Source: Vicugna vicugna (lineage: Eukaryota). Taken from it: a stretch of DNA of 64,000 nucleotides. Positions 40,997 to 54,240 of this stretch are shown here, piece by piece. The translations under genes were made by a program, and so were the position numbers. Location of the stretch: the NCBI GenBank assembly GCA_013265495.1, contig MU058584.1, forward strand, positions 5,670,407-5,734,406. Direction: 5' to 3'. Numbering within the stretch: the first letter of the stretch is position 1; each line of letters begins with the position of its first letter. Below the pieces are notes generated by a model that was given only the letters and a program-made list of their open reading frames with translations, had not been told where the DNA came from and made no database searches.

Positions 40997-41215
40997 CAGG
41001 AATTGGCAGACTACAGCCCAAGGCCAAATCTGGCTCATTGCCTGTTTTTGTAAATAAAGTTTTTTTTGGAACACAGCAATTCTCATTCATTTACATATTG
41101 TTGAGGGCTGCTTTCCTGCTACAGTGACAGAGTTGAGTTATGACAGAGAATGTGTGACTGACAAAGCCTGAAGTATTTATTATCTGGCCCTTTGCAGAAA
41201 AACTTTTTCCACCCA
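40997..41215 (+). mobile_element. MER58A-like hAT-Charlie element
   Basis: caggaattggcagactacagcccaaggccaaatctgg...tatttattatctggccctttgcagaaaaac. Confidence 0.8.
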
Positions 41216-41443
41216 TAGTTTATATCAAAACTAGACCAAAAACCACAGAGATAATAAATAACTGCTCTCAGAGTCCAAGTTTGAGCTAAAGCCATCAAGT
41301 CAACACACATCCTAGTTCTCAGACCAAGGATCATAATCTGCAGAAATAGGAGCTGATCCTCAGGCCCCTCATGTTCTCTGTCATGAGAGCCTATGTTTTC
41401 TTCTGAAAGGCTGAGAGAATTCCTTTCACAGGGGATATTTTAC

Positions 41444-41595
41444 CTTGGCTTGCCAGGCATTCACACGACCCTGGGCATTAAGACGGGCACGGAAGGGTTC
41501 CCAGTAATCTCCCCACCAAGATTTTCTAAAGGAGGAAGCTGTGATTTGGTTGTTTTCTATCTTTCCACTTTCCATACCCAGCGGTGTGGAGCATC
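41444..41595 (-). CDS. F5: Coagulation factor V exon 23 (start of C2), 152 bp
   Basis: (G)[50 protein letters not shown]; membrane-binding WW retained; GT-AG flanks. Confidence 0.98.
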
Positions 41596-43460
41596 CTGTC
41601 AAGAGAAAAATAATGTGATTAATTTCATACCACCGACATTCCCTGCATGGCATTTTGTACTTCAGAGAAGACGAGAAATAATAATACTGTGAAGTAACAA
41701 CAAAAACAACCATCACAGCAATGAACACTTATTGTCCAAGTGCTAAACCCTGTTTTCAGGCTTTACGTGTATTACTTAATGCTCTTAAATATCTTCGCTT
41801 TACAAACGAGAAAACAAAAGCACAGCAAGAAAAAGTAACTTGACTCAAGTAACATTGCTAGAAGAATCGGAAACTAGATTTAAGCCCAGGAAGTCTGACA
41901 TCGAATACCATGTTCTAAACATCTAAACTCATTTCCCTCCTTCGCAAGTCATGGAACCTTTAGTCTTTGCTTTGAGGTACACAGTACTCCTCAACTATCT
42001 GTATGTAAAAACATACTCTGTTTCTTCTCACAAAAGCTACAAAGAAGAAGTTATAGTGAAGCTTGACAGTCACATTTTGTTTTCAGCCCTCCGAGGGTGA
42101 TTCATGTTATACACCCATTAGAATTTTGCTAAGGCATGAATTTGAATGTCACAGGCAGCAAGGCTGATCTGTGAGTGTAAGAAACATACCTAGTGAGTGA
42201 GCCCAGCTGACTACCCATCATCCTGATCTCTGTGACACTTTTTTCTTGCTAGTAAAATCATGCAGACATTTTCTTGACGTGATACCTTACTTTCTCCTTG
42301 AAAAACAATCTTAAAAAGAAGAACGCCTGTTGCTAATACAAATTATATAAATACCAAGAAAGTGAAGATATTTTTAAAAGTAATGCTTCTTGTGTAGAAA
42401 ATAGAGATTTTAAATAGACTCATATTGTTGAATATCACATTTTAGGGTGGCGTGACTATGATCTGAACAAACTACCATTTACATCATATACCATATGGAA
42501 AGAAAAAAGCAATGATTCATGGAGCTGTTTCAAGGAGTTTTCCTGCCTGTGCAAAATTTGCATTTTATGTGGGAGATGTTACATAGCATCGCTATCTGGG
42601 TATTGGCAAAATGCCCATTTCCACATCCCTCATAAACATCAAGAATTTACTGTACTGTTATCTACTCTGATAAGAAACTGATTCTAAGGTTCAACTGCCT
42701 TCTCCACTATGAACTGTGGGTTTTTTTTCCCATACCCTGAGAGAAGGTATGCCACAGCAAGTTCAGGTGTGACTATGAATTGCTCTCTCTCCCAACTCAG
42801 CCCTTGAGCAGTTAATTGGTGCCTGGATCAGCCAAGCCCTCAGTCGATTGCTTCATTCTTTTACCCAAGACTGCTAGACAGATATTATTTTCTGTATGTG
42901 CTTTGAAGTGAAAAATTTTGGAAAGCGCTACTTTAAGAGTCAGAGAAGGAGAATAGTTGATAAGACTCTTAAGAATTTATATATAGAAGAATTTTATTAT
43001 GACCATTTATGGTACCTAGATTTATTTCTACCACAGGTCACATTACATCCCCTGAAAAATAGAAGCTTACATTTAAAAGGCTTGGGTGCCTACACAGAGT
43101 GTGAAACAGAATACAGAGTGCAAGCAAGGCTTCAGGAAGTTGGGAAGCAGATTTCTATTTCAAAAACATTTATTAAACACCTAACATACACTAGTAATGT
43201 TATTAGATACTTTTTTTATGTTGAAGTCTGAGTGACCTGGCTGGGAGACTTTGGAAGAGTCAGACCTAGTTTGAATCTCAGTTCTTATTGCAGATAGGCT
43301 GATGGAGGCCATTCTAAGCTAGAGCCCTTCCTTGGAGGGTCAGGGCAGTGTCCATATCATTCAGGCTGTGTTCAGAGATATGATGCCTGTCCTCTGGCTG
43401 GTAGAACCAGTCTCAGTCTAGATTATGATGAGAGTTTACCTGAGTGGAAACTCTGTTTCA

Positions 43461-43727
<267 letters not shown>

Positions 43728-43874
43728 CTAGAGGAAAAGAGGAAAGTTTAATTATATAACAATTGTCTAAAGTGATTTTATAGTAAAATTTGACCTGATT
43801 TAATATTGTAATATTAAGTTTTCATGTGGCCTGAACCAAATCAATTTGGTCTTGAAAGATAATTGGGATACTCT

Positions 43875-45160
43875 CACTTCAGGAAGATGGTATAGCGGTC
43901 CTTTGCCCCATTCCTCCTGCTAAGTACAACTAAAAACATAAGAAGACTCTGTAAGATGGAGAGAAGAAGGCAGACTGGCTAAGGTTCTCAGGACCCAAGG
44001 AACAACGTGGTGGTGATCTCGCTGGGTTTTCTTTTTACCTCTTACATCCCAGACTTACAAGAAAACAAGCCAGGGACCAAGAAACACTAATACATGCAGA
44101 CAAAAAAGAAAAAAAAAAGCAAAAGCCTGCTTTCTCTAGCCTCAGAACCAGGAAAGGGAAGCCTAGCAAGACAAAATGTTTAGACAACAATTGTTCTACT
44201 TAAAGCCAAACCCCATAGAAAACACTGTGGTCTCCTCTTCCACCCACAGCAGCATAGGCCAAATGGGAGACTAGATGTCCATGCTCCTGAGACTGTAAAG
44301 AGGGACCCCAACCTCCTCACTCAGGTTGTGTCAGAGAAAGCCAAAGAGAAACTCAGAATTTTCATCCCTTCCAGCTCCTAATAAGACTCCCACTCCTGCA
44401 GTGTCAGTGGAGACCATCCCATCCCCACCCAGCAGCAAAGAGGAGCGGTCTCAGCTGAGGTGTCAATGGAGGAGGTCAAGTGGGGAATGGACTTTGACCT
44501 CCACCTGGCAGTAAAGAGGCTGTGCCCCATCCCCTTTCCCTGCCAGAACAGTGTCAGAAAGAGCCAGCTAAAACAAAAGATAAGAGCAGACATCAGGAAG
44601 ATTGAAAACAGAAAAGCAATAGATAACAGCAGTGAAACAAAGGGCCAGATCTTTTAAAAGATTTTTTAAAATTGGCAAATATCTAGCAAGACTGACAAAG
44701 CAAAAAGAGAAGAGATGCAAATTACCAATATCTTTAATGAAATAAGCAATATCACTACAGACTCTGCCGACATCGAAAAGATAATAAGGGAGTGTTATAA
44801 AACTACCCTGTACACATAAATTTAACAACGTAGAGGAAATGAAAACACAGACTATCCCAATTCACCCAATATGAAACAGATTATTTGAATTAGCCTGTAA
44901 CTATTAAAGAAATTGAATTTGTAATTTAAATTTAAAATTCCCAGAAAAGAAAGGTCCACATGATTTTGCTGGTGAATTAGACCGAATGTTTAAAGAATTA
45001 ACACTAATACTAGATAACCTTTTCCAGAAAATAGAAGTGCACACTCCCAATTTGTTTTATGAAGCTAGTATTACTCTAATATTAAAACAAAAAAGACAGT
45101 ATAAAAAAATAAAACTACATGCAAATATCCCTCATGAACATAGATGCAAAAATCTTTAAG
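43875..45160 (+). mobile_element. Old L1M-type element: 5' UTR joined to an ORF2 fragment
   Basis: cttcaggaagatgg...cctcctgctaagtacaactaaaaac 5' end; ORF2 remnant ...gcaaatatctagcaagactgac...caaatatccctcatgaacatagatgcaaaaatc. Confidence 0.75.
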
Positions 45161-45894
45161 TTCTAGACCTTAATTGTAATTAGTATACTCTATCCCATAC
45201 TGATTGACAAGAACTGTAATTTATGATTTTCATGACCTGTTCTAACATATAGTACAAATAATTTATTCTTAGAAATAGCCAAATAATAATACAGAAAATA
45301 GTAAAAATTATTTACAGGAAAAATAAAACTGATTCAAAGTTTTCAGTGTAATAGTGGTGGACTGACTCCTTGCATTCAGGTAGCTTTCTTTGAGAGGGTG
45401 GCAAAGGAGGAGGGGAAGAGTTAGGCTGGTACCATGGGGTCATTGGCAATAACCCTGGATAAGCCCCTGGAAGATCCAGCAGGAAAATGTCATTCCTCAA
45501 CAGCAAAAAACAAATCTGTGAATCACACTGCCTCAGAGCATTACTGATATTAATACTACTATTTAACTTCAGTTACTCTGAAATAAAGAACAGAATAAAA
45601 TGTAAAGGTTAGTAAAACCCAAACTCTTGGTGGCCAAGTTTTAGCATGAACTCCTTAAAGCACAAGCTCAGATATTCTAGTCTGCTCTGTACCATTGGCC
45701 AATCTAAGCCTAGGTATTAATTTTGATGATGAAGAAGTTTCTTCCAGGTCTTACGGAGTTTTAAAAATTCAGAAGTCAGGCTTATCCCTTTAATTTGTAA
45801 TATACAGACACATCATTTTACCACTTTCCTCTCTAAGGCACTAAGAAAGCCATTCATATTTATAACACCCAGAATGATTTAAAAAAAAAAAAGA

Positions 45895-46088
45895 CATAAT
45901 CATACATAGAAAACAAACTGTGGTTACTGAAGGGAAAAGAGGTTGAGGGGAGATAAATTAGAAGTTTGGGATTAGCAGATACACAATACTATATAGAAAA
46001 TAGATAAGCAACAAGGACCTACTGTATAGCATAGGGAAGTATATTCAATATCTTGTAATAACCTATAATGGAAAAGGATCTGAAAAAG

Positions 46089-46130
<42 letters not shown>

Positions 46131-46210
46131 AACTGAATCACTTTGCTATACACCTGAAATAACACAACATTGTAAATCAACTAAACATCAATGAAAAGGA
46201 AAAAAAAAAG
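45895..46210 (+). mobile_element. LINE-1 3' UTR fragment containing an (AT)n microsatellite (~46091-46123)
   Basis: catagaaaacaaactgtggttact...ggacctactgtatagcataggga...aactgaatcactttgctatacacctgaaa. Confidence 0.85.
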
Positions 46211-46276
46211 AAACACATACAAAAAAACATAGTCATAGTAACCCTAGCTCAGGAAGAAACAATTGAGCACACAGAC

Positions 46277-46432
46277 CATCACGTTCCTTGTACTGTTCCC
46301 TTTGAAGATCCGCCAGTTTGTCTGGTCAGAGCTGTAAGCAACACAGAACTCGGTGGTGTAGTAGGACTTCAGGTAGTGTTTGGCACCTTGGGTCTGAATG
46401 CCTGTAAAAAGGACTTCCCTTTGCATGTCCAC
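46277..46432 (-). CDS. F5: Coagulation factor V exon 21 (C1), 156 bp
   Basis: [56 protein letters not shown] flanks. Confidence 0.98.
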
Positions 46433-46868
46433 CTGCAACATAGCAAAGGTATTAAACAACCATCGTTGTCAACAAGTCACACACTGTCTTACGGTCATTG
46501 TACAACTAACTTTCTTTAGAACAAAGAACTAACACCCAACAAAATAATAAGATGGCTAGGTGCAATCCATATTTGAGCACAGAGTATAGAGACTTGAGTC
46601 CAGACTCAACCGCTGACTAATTGTATGTGAAATTGGGAAGTTAGTTGATCCCTCTGTGCCTTAGTTTCTTCATCTGTAAAATGGGATATTACTAGAACTA
46701 ACCTCATAGGGTTCATTTTAAGTATGTGAAGTATTTAGAATGGTGCCCAGCACCTAGTAATCACTATTTCCCCAACACCATTGCAAGAATAACAAGAAGA
46801 AATTATTAAATCAGTGTCATCTTTATTATTACAACAGCAGTAAGTATTATCAGGTTAATAAGACATAC

Positions 46869-46972
46869 CTGGATCCAAGGTTTAAAGGCAGTTTCCTTTG
46901 AAGGTTTTTCTGTGATCCAAGCATTATATGACCCACCATTGTTCAATCTCGCTAATTTGGGTTCCCAATAAT
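46869..46972 (-). CDS. F5: Coagulation factor V exon 20 (C1), 104 bp
   Basis: (D)[34 protein letters not shown], read directly (not in the ORF track); acceptor ttcgatttag; donor CAG|GTATGT. Confidence 0.97.
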
Positions 46973-47509
46973 CTAAATCGAAAGGAAGAAAAAAATTTAT
47001 TCTGAATTAAAAAAAAAATACAAGTATCAATTTCTCAAGAGAGTTTCTTCCCAGTGGAAAACCAGATTCCTAGAGGAACTTCTGCTGCAGTTAGTAGGAG
47101 ACCAGGCAGTTGACACAGGCTTCAGCTACTAAGTCAGTCCCTGATGATGAAATTCTGGTTTCAGGTCTGTTGTTGGTCAGCTGTTAACTACCATCTACCC
47201 TCTTCTTTGCATACAGGGCATATTTATTTTTTCTCAGTTATATTCATGTGGTTTCAGCTGAGTGTGCCTGCCTAGCAGGAAGATGTGGGAGGGATTTACG
47301 GGAGCCTCATGCTCCCTTACAATTGACCTCTTGATCTTGGGACGAGTTTGAGGCAGAGAGAAAATTTAGGAGGAAATCCTGACTCACAGTGGGTGATCAG
47401 CAACGTTTCTTGAGTAGATGAATGGCTGACACAGCAAAGGGCCCTATTAATGGGGACTGCAATACCTGCCTGATAAGACCCTTTGAGTCCCGATAGAATG
47501 TTACATGGT

Positions 47510-47620
47510 TTAGTTCCATTGGCATCTTACATTCTACAAAACAACAGAATAATGAATAATTATTACCTATAATAAAGTAAAAACCCCGTGGCTAGAGATT
47601 ATACCTCTAATGGGTCAGTA
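47510..47620 (-). repeat. Diverged local duplication of the F5 intron18/exon19 junction (copy of 48224-48345)
   Basis: ttagttccattggcatcttacattctacaaaa...agattatacctct..tgggtcagta aligns to 48224-48345 with one 11-nt gap. Confidence 0.93.
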
Positions 47621-47639
47621 ATGAAATATTTTCTAATTT

Positions 47640-48005
47640 CCTTGTTTTTATTTTTGCTAAGAACAGTAGCCATTTCTGTAGCTCATAATTCTACAATTTG
47701 GCTATTTGGGCTGGGTTGGCTGGGTGGTCTTCTGGTCTAAGGCAGACTTGGTTGATCGTGACTGAAGCTTACTCAATAATCTGCATTCATTAACCTATTC
47801 AGCAGAAGTCTGGGATGCCTTGTTTCTTTTCCATGTGACTTCTTATCCTCTGGCCAAATAGCTTGGGCTTGTTCATATGGTACCGAGGGTTCCAATGCAC
47901 AAGTGCTATTCATGCCTCTGGGGGAGTCACATTTGTGACAGTTCCATTGGCCAACCCAGATTCAAGGGGCAGGAAAACAGATTCTGTTGGAGGGAACTGT
48001 AACAT
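47640..48005 (-). mobile_element. MLT1-type MaLR LTR remnant
   Basis: gctcataattct...ttgggctgggttggctgggtggtcttctgg...gcttgggcttgttcatatgg...ccattggccaa; boundaries approximate. Confidence 0.55.
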
Positions 48006-48175
48006 CACCAGACTAGCACCCCAGACAAAGCTGCCTTACTATGTTGTGTCATAGTGGTACAGAAAAGCCAGGAGAGGAGCAATGACTCATACATTCAATA
48101 GGCAGAGTTGTCATGTGTGGTTTTGCAGGCTGTATACTGCACAATTGTAGGAGGTGCCTTTCACAGGCTACTTAC

Positions 48176-48247
48176 CCAAAGACTCAGAAGCCTTGATCTG
48201 TGAATCAGCTATGAGACCAGTGCTTAGTCCCATTGGCATCTTACATT
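48176..48247 (-). CDS. F5: Coagulation factor V exon 19 (start of C1), 72 bp
   Basis: (E)[23 protein letters not shown]; acceptor tttttttgtag; donor TGG|GTAAGT. Confidence 0.97.
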
Positions 48248-49134
48248 CTACAAAAAAATAGAACGATGAATAATTTTTTCCTCTAAAGTACATCTAACAA
48301 AGTAAAATTTCCATGGCTATAGATTATACCTCTGGTGGGTCAGTACATATTTTCACCTATCTGTGTGGCACTGACTTAAATATGTCTGATCATAAAATGA
48401 TAAAGGCACCAGCAAGACCGGTACTTTAATAGAAATTAAAATTAGTGACACTTTAGAGGAAAACAACTGAAATCCTGGAACACAGTTAGTTTTTAAACTG
48501 ATTTCCGTCTGTTTGTATCTTAAATCAAGTCATTTTACAACATTAAGTACTATCCCTCATAAGAGTATGTTCTCAAAAGTTTACCCAAAAGTTACAGTAT
48601 TATTTACATCCTGATCACAGAAGGGAATACCAGCCACTGAGCTATCTAGATGTTGACACGGCTTGGTACTCAACAGGTGCTTAATAAATGCTGACTAGCT
48701 GGCTGACTGAATGGGTGGATGGACAGACAGATGGGTAGATGGATACTGTTTCTTGAATACTGAATTGTCAAGTTCAGTGACTATCTCGGTCCTACTTGAA
48801 TTCCTGGTATCTTTCTCCTTTTCTACTCTAGGTGTGTGGAGAATTTCTTATATGCACTTTCCCATGAACCACAAATCATTAAGAAAGATGCTTTATGTTG
48901 ATTCCCCAACTGAGAGGAATGCCTTTGGTTTGAACCATTTGGTTTAAGTTTCCTAGCTCACTGATGTTTGCAGTGTAGTCAGAGCATAAGTGAGAATTAA
49001 AGCAATTACTACTACAGATTATGCCTCTGTTATGTCAGAGTTCTCGGAGTTGAATATTTCCAACCTAAAAGCTAGTAATATTCTAGTAACAGGCACTCTC
49101 CTGCTAAAAACATCATGTGGCTCTTGGATGATAC

Positions 49135-49251
49135 CTCTGTCTATGATGTGAAATGGTGTTTTCATCCCTGCTCTCTGGTTTTCTCCAACCTCTGTGTCTA
49201 GGAGCCACCAGCCAGGTTTTGATGCCTTCATTTCAAGAGTTTTAAATGAGC
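49135..49251 (-). CDS. F5: Coagulation factor V exon 18 (end of A3), 117 bp
   Basis: (G)[42 protein letters not shown] flanks. Confidence 0.98.
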
Positions 49252-51083
49252 CTAAAATAGAGAGTGAAGGAGAAAATTACATACCCAAAGATTAACAGGT
49301 TAATATTAGTTGACAGTTATCAAAGAATCCTAAAAATCCCTGCATGGCAAGTGGCTTAGCAATATAATCTAAGAGTTATCCTTTTCTCTTTAAGCAGGAC
49401 TACAGGTATTCCAAAGAGATCAAAACAAAACAAGGACAACAACATACACATACGTACTAAAAATAAATGGCCCCAGAATTTAAAAAAATCTCTAACACCC
49501 CTTACCAGAAAGAAGCTTTCATTTATCTAAATAGAATGTTAGAAGTCAACCCGTATATAATATGGCTTCATAGTTCTAAATATCAAAGCAACCTTGAATG
49601 ACACATCACTGGGCCTCAAAAATTTTGTACGTTTCCTTTCTCTCCATTTCAATCATTTATATTTTTTATATGAGAAAATTAAAATAAAACCACCTTTCCC
49701 CATGTTTCAATTTTTCTATACAGTTTGTGTTTTGGATAGAGATGTACAAAAATTGTTTTAGAAAAATCACTGAAAGAATGAGATTTCTAAAACCTCTGAT
49801 TATCCATTCTAGTATTTAATGTTACCTATGACCAGTTAATACTTAAATTCTGCTGACTATAATTTGTGACCATTTCCTAGATTGTGAGTAAAAGTTCATA
49901 GCCGAGGGTCATCCTCCTCAAACACACTAAGAAAGATCCCCCAGCCTTCTAGTCTCTAATGCAGATATTTAGGTGTGAAGCTTTAGATGGGCCCGCCAAT
50001 CCCAGCTTCTCACAGGCTCATGGAAAGGATGACAGATCTGGTAACACTTGGTGAAGAGTAAGGAGTGAGTCTGACTAAACCTTTCTGCCCCTGATTTTTA
50101 ATAAGAGTGGATCTTCATAACTTTATTAATGAGTCACTGGCATGTTTCAAACAAACAAGAACCCTCTTTCCCCCTATTCTTAACCAAACCAGGCCCATTT
50201 GGACTTCTGTGCCTACATGTGAGGCTGGTTCTCACAGCAGCTTCCCCACCTAAAGGCCTGTCAAGGGATTGACTAGCCTTGACTAGCTTCTCTGACAGCA
50301 CTGGTGGAAGGTAGGCTGCTTGTTAAAAATGTAGACCCCTGGGCCCCTGCTCAAGTTCTGCCAGATCGAAGTCTCTCCTTAGCATCCATATTTTAACCAG
50401 CTTTGTAGGTTTTTATCATGCCCACTATAGTTTGAGAACCAGTGGCATCTAGCCTTCCCACCCCCACTTACACACCTGCAATACATACCTACACACAACT
50501 TATTGGCACATAAAAATCCTTGATGACTGCAGTTTGTTTAAACCTTATCATTAATTTGCACATGAAAAGCTCTAAATACCTTTGTTATTCTTTAGCTTCT
50601 CTAATCATTAAAAAAACCCCATTATTCCTCCCTTCAAACAGCCTCATGAGTCAGTTTAAGATTCCTGTAGTCAGTTGCCCAACGTTATCAGGGTGATAGA
50701 ATGAGGAGCAGAATTCAAGAATCCTGAAACCCTGATAAGTTTCTGATTTCCTCCTGACAGAAAGCTTTAGCTGCCTGAGCCTCGTGGGATCCTTCTGTAA
50801 TCTATTTAAGACTCAGCCTGCATGACACGTAATGGCTTGGAGGAAGCCCGCATTAAACATAGCAACTCCATAGAACCGAGTTGAGCCACACATTTAGCCT
50901 GTGTGATGCTGCATACAGTGTAGACATTAGCTGACTCTTGCATACTCTGCATGCAGTTTAGGAGCATGGCTTTGCCCAGGATCTATGTCAGAACCCATGC
51001 TTTGACCTCTTAGGAAGTACATGCACAAGGAGGGAAGGAGGGAAAGTTACAGGTGCTAAGACTGTCTGCTTTCGCTGTTTTTA

Positions 51084-51320
<237 letters not shown>

Positions 51321-53828
51321 TCAATTGAAAGTCTACCAGGAGAGAGGCTGGTGAAGAAATATGAGGCCTCCCACTCACCACCCATCTTCTTCATTACTCT
51401 GCGTGCTCAGGCCCACCCACACACAGCAAGGGGCCCCTATATGGCATAGTATCAGTGAGAGGCTGAAACAGAGCCTACAGCAGAAATGTGGGTGAGTTTA
51501 TCTCTCCCCAGATTTACACCTCTGCTCTGTGTTTTATCCATTTTTCTTTACATTTATAGTGTGAATCTTCCTGTGCTATAAAAGGGTAGAGACTCCTATG
51601 GGCAGATAAAAGCACTCCAGTCATTAGAGGAAGAGGGTAAGCAAGGGGATATGCAGCATGTGCTCCTAAACTCAGAGATAGTTCCAGGCAAAATTAGGAA
51701 GTCTGACTTTATCTTAGCTGTCCCCACCAAGCTTAGAGGTCCATGTTTATTCTCTCATTCATCTGAGCTCCTCTACCCCCTTCCCAGCTTGGACGTCAAG
51801 GGTTCTCAGACTTTAACCACTCTCCCCTTACTGAAATGTGTCTTTCTAAGCACCTGATAAACTTGATCACCTTAAATAATAATACAAAATTTACATAATA
51901 AAGCTTAGTGCTACCATGCACTTAACTGAGACTGAAGTTTGGTGGTGGTGGTGGTTTATTCTTCCAAAGTCAAAGGAACCGCTGTGGAATTCAGGAACCA
52001 AGCAAGTGAATTTTTGGAGGGAGAAGAGTTGAGATCATTTTGGCACCCTTAAAATTGTATCAGGTATGAGAGCACCTATCTACATAATCATAACATCAGC
52101 CTCACCCCCTCATCTTAATTTCTGTGTAAGAAATAGATCTCCTAGGAGTGAAAGGTATCTCCAGCTGTATTAGGTCAGCATTGCTAAACCATTACATCCG
52201 GATACCGAAGTGAAGACTCTCAGTGTAGTAGTAGTAGGTGCTCAGTAAACATTTGATAAATTGAGTTGAGTGATAGTATTCATTCATTTGTTTGCTAATC
52301 CAACGTGTATTTACCTAGCGCATACTGCAGAGGCCAGGCACAGCTGGCCTGCTTCAAGTACCCTGGTGCGAACTACACTGGAAGATTACCAAATATAGAG
52401 ATTTAGACTACAATACATTTAAAACTCAGACCACACTAGATGCATTTTCCTCTTGCGTTGAGGAATTGGGAAGCAGGGCCTCGAGGGTACTCAACCGGTG
52501 CAGGGCATAGCCAAGAGGGAGGCCCGTCTGATCCTACAGTCTGTGCTCTCCCACTAGGTTGAGAGGTTTTCAGAGGCTGTGCTTCCTGCTCTGAGACCAG
52601 GCACCCTCCCTGGGCTGAACGCCTAGAGGTGATAGGAGAAGAGAAAGCCCTGCTCGGAGTCCGTGGATCAGCTGTCAATCAACTATTCCAGATAGCTTAA
52701 TAGAAATTTTAAATTCTATTAATTATTATCTATATTAATTATAATTAGTTATATTAATTAATTATCTATTAATTATTATCTGTGATCAGCAGAGTCCAGA
52801 GAGCAGGGTTTTGGAGCAGATTATAAGTCATATCATTTGCCTTCCTCTATGCCAAAGTGCTTTGACAGGTGAAGTCGGATTGTATTCCAATCAAGTGAAA
52901 AGGGGTAGCCTGAGTGTGTAACAGGGGTAGGAGAGGAAGAACAGACCAGCTTAGCCTCAGTGACTGGCTGGGGAGGCTGCAGCAGTGACTGGATATTGTA
53001 TATAATGTCTTTTTTATTTTAATTCCTTAAGCAATGGCAACTTTCTCTATTCCTGTTATAGTGAATGACCCTTACTCAAAGCACAGGTCCCTCCTGATCA
53101 GAAATCTCACGGCAGTCACCACCTCCATTCATCAAACTCCAAAAGCAGAGCTTACTCGTCTTCATTTTTTTTTTCTGATCCCTAAGTCATTCATTGCTGT
53201 TCATCAGATTCTAAATTCTGCATTTTTCTAAAACTGTAATTCCATTGCCTCTTTATGGACAAAATTCCTGAGTGGATTTCAGAGTAGATGTGCTTTTCCT
53301 GTGTTTCCCACCCAAATGCTGTCTTGGCACGCTCCTCCCATTACCTCGTTACCCCATTTCCTACACTATTTTATTCTCGTAGGCTTTGGGTGCCATCTGG
53401 GAACTGCTAAGCACTGCTACAATCATTCTTAGTTTAGAAAGTACAAGATCACTTCCTCTATATAAGTACTTGATCCTTTAGAGATCAAGAGAGAGCTTTG
53501 TTAACTGTTTAGACTGTGAATAGTGCTAGTGCTTTTTCAATTTATGTTTCCAGTGGACACACACTGCTTTTTAGTTTGTTGGTTTGTTTGGGTTTGTTTG
53601 GCAGCAGCCATTGTGTGCTGTCTTTCAGACTTTGTCTACTCTCCTTCACCTGAGTGTCACCTGCCAGGTTACATCAGCCCTCGGAGACATCTAAGGACCT
53701 GGTTTTAGTTAGAGCTCCTGGTTCCACAGATACATCTCCTGTCTAATCTTGTGAAGACCTATGGGCAAGTATCACTGTCACCCAGTGTGATTTAGTTCAG
53801 AGATAAGATCAAAGTCAGAAGAAAATAC

Positions 53829-54039
53829 CATGAAACTCATGGGAGTTTTTCACTTCAGAGGATGCGAGTCTCCAAGACCTTGTGGGCTTCTTTTCATAGT
53901 ACCAGCTCTTCCTTTCATCAAAGACCATAAAAAGTAGGACAAATTCTCTCATGTCCACAGGCATGTTGCTCTCCTTATGAAGTATTCCTTTTCGACAGAT
54001 CAGAAGGGGCCCTATCAAGCCTGAATGGATATCTTTTTC
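53829..54039 (-). CDS. F5: Coagulation factor V exon 16 (A3), 211 bp
   Basis: [74 protein letters not shown] flanks. Confidence 0.98.
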
Positions 54040-54070
54040 CTGGAAGAGAGTAAGAGCATGGTTGAAAGTA

Positions 54071-54240
54071 GAGGAGGGTATAGCTCAGTGGTAGAGTGCC
54101 TGCTTCGCATGCATGAGTTCCTGGGTTCAATCCCCAGTACCGCCATTAAAAAATAACTAACTAAATAAATAAATGAACCTAATTACCTCTTTCTCTAAAA
54201 ATAATTTAAAAAATTGAAAATTTGATTAAAAAAAGAAAAC
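54071..54240 (+). mobile_element. tRNA-Ala-derived SINE (camelid Vic-1 type), antisense in F5 intron 15
   Basis: gagggtatagctcagtggtagagtgcctgcttcgcatgcatgagttcctgggttcaatccccagtacc plus aaataaataaa...ctaattacctc tail; same family as the copy at 24577. Confidence 0.9.
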
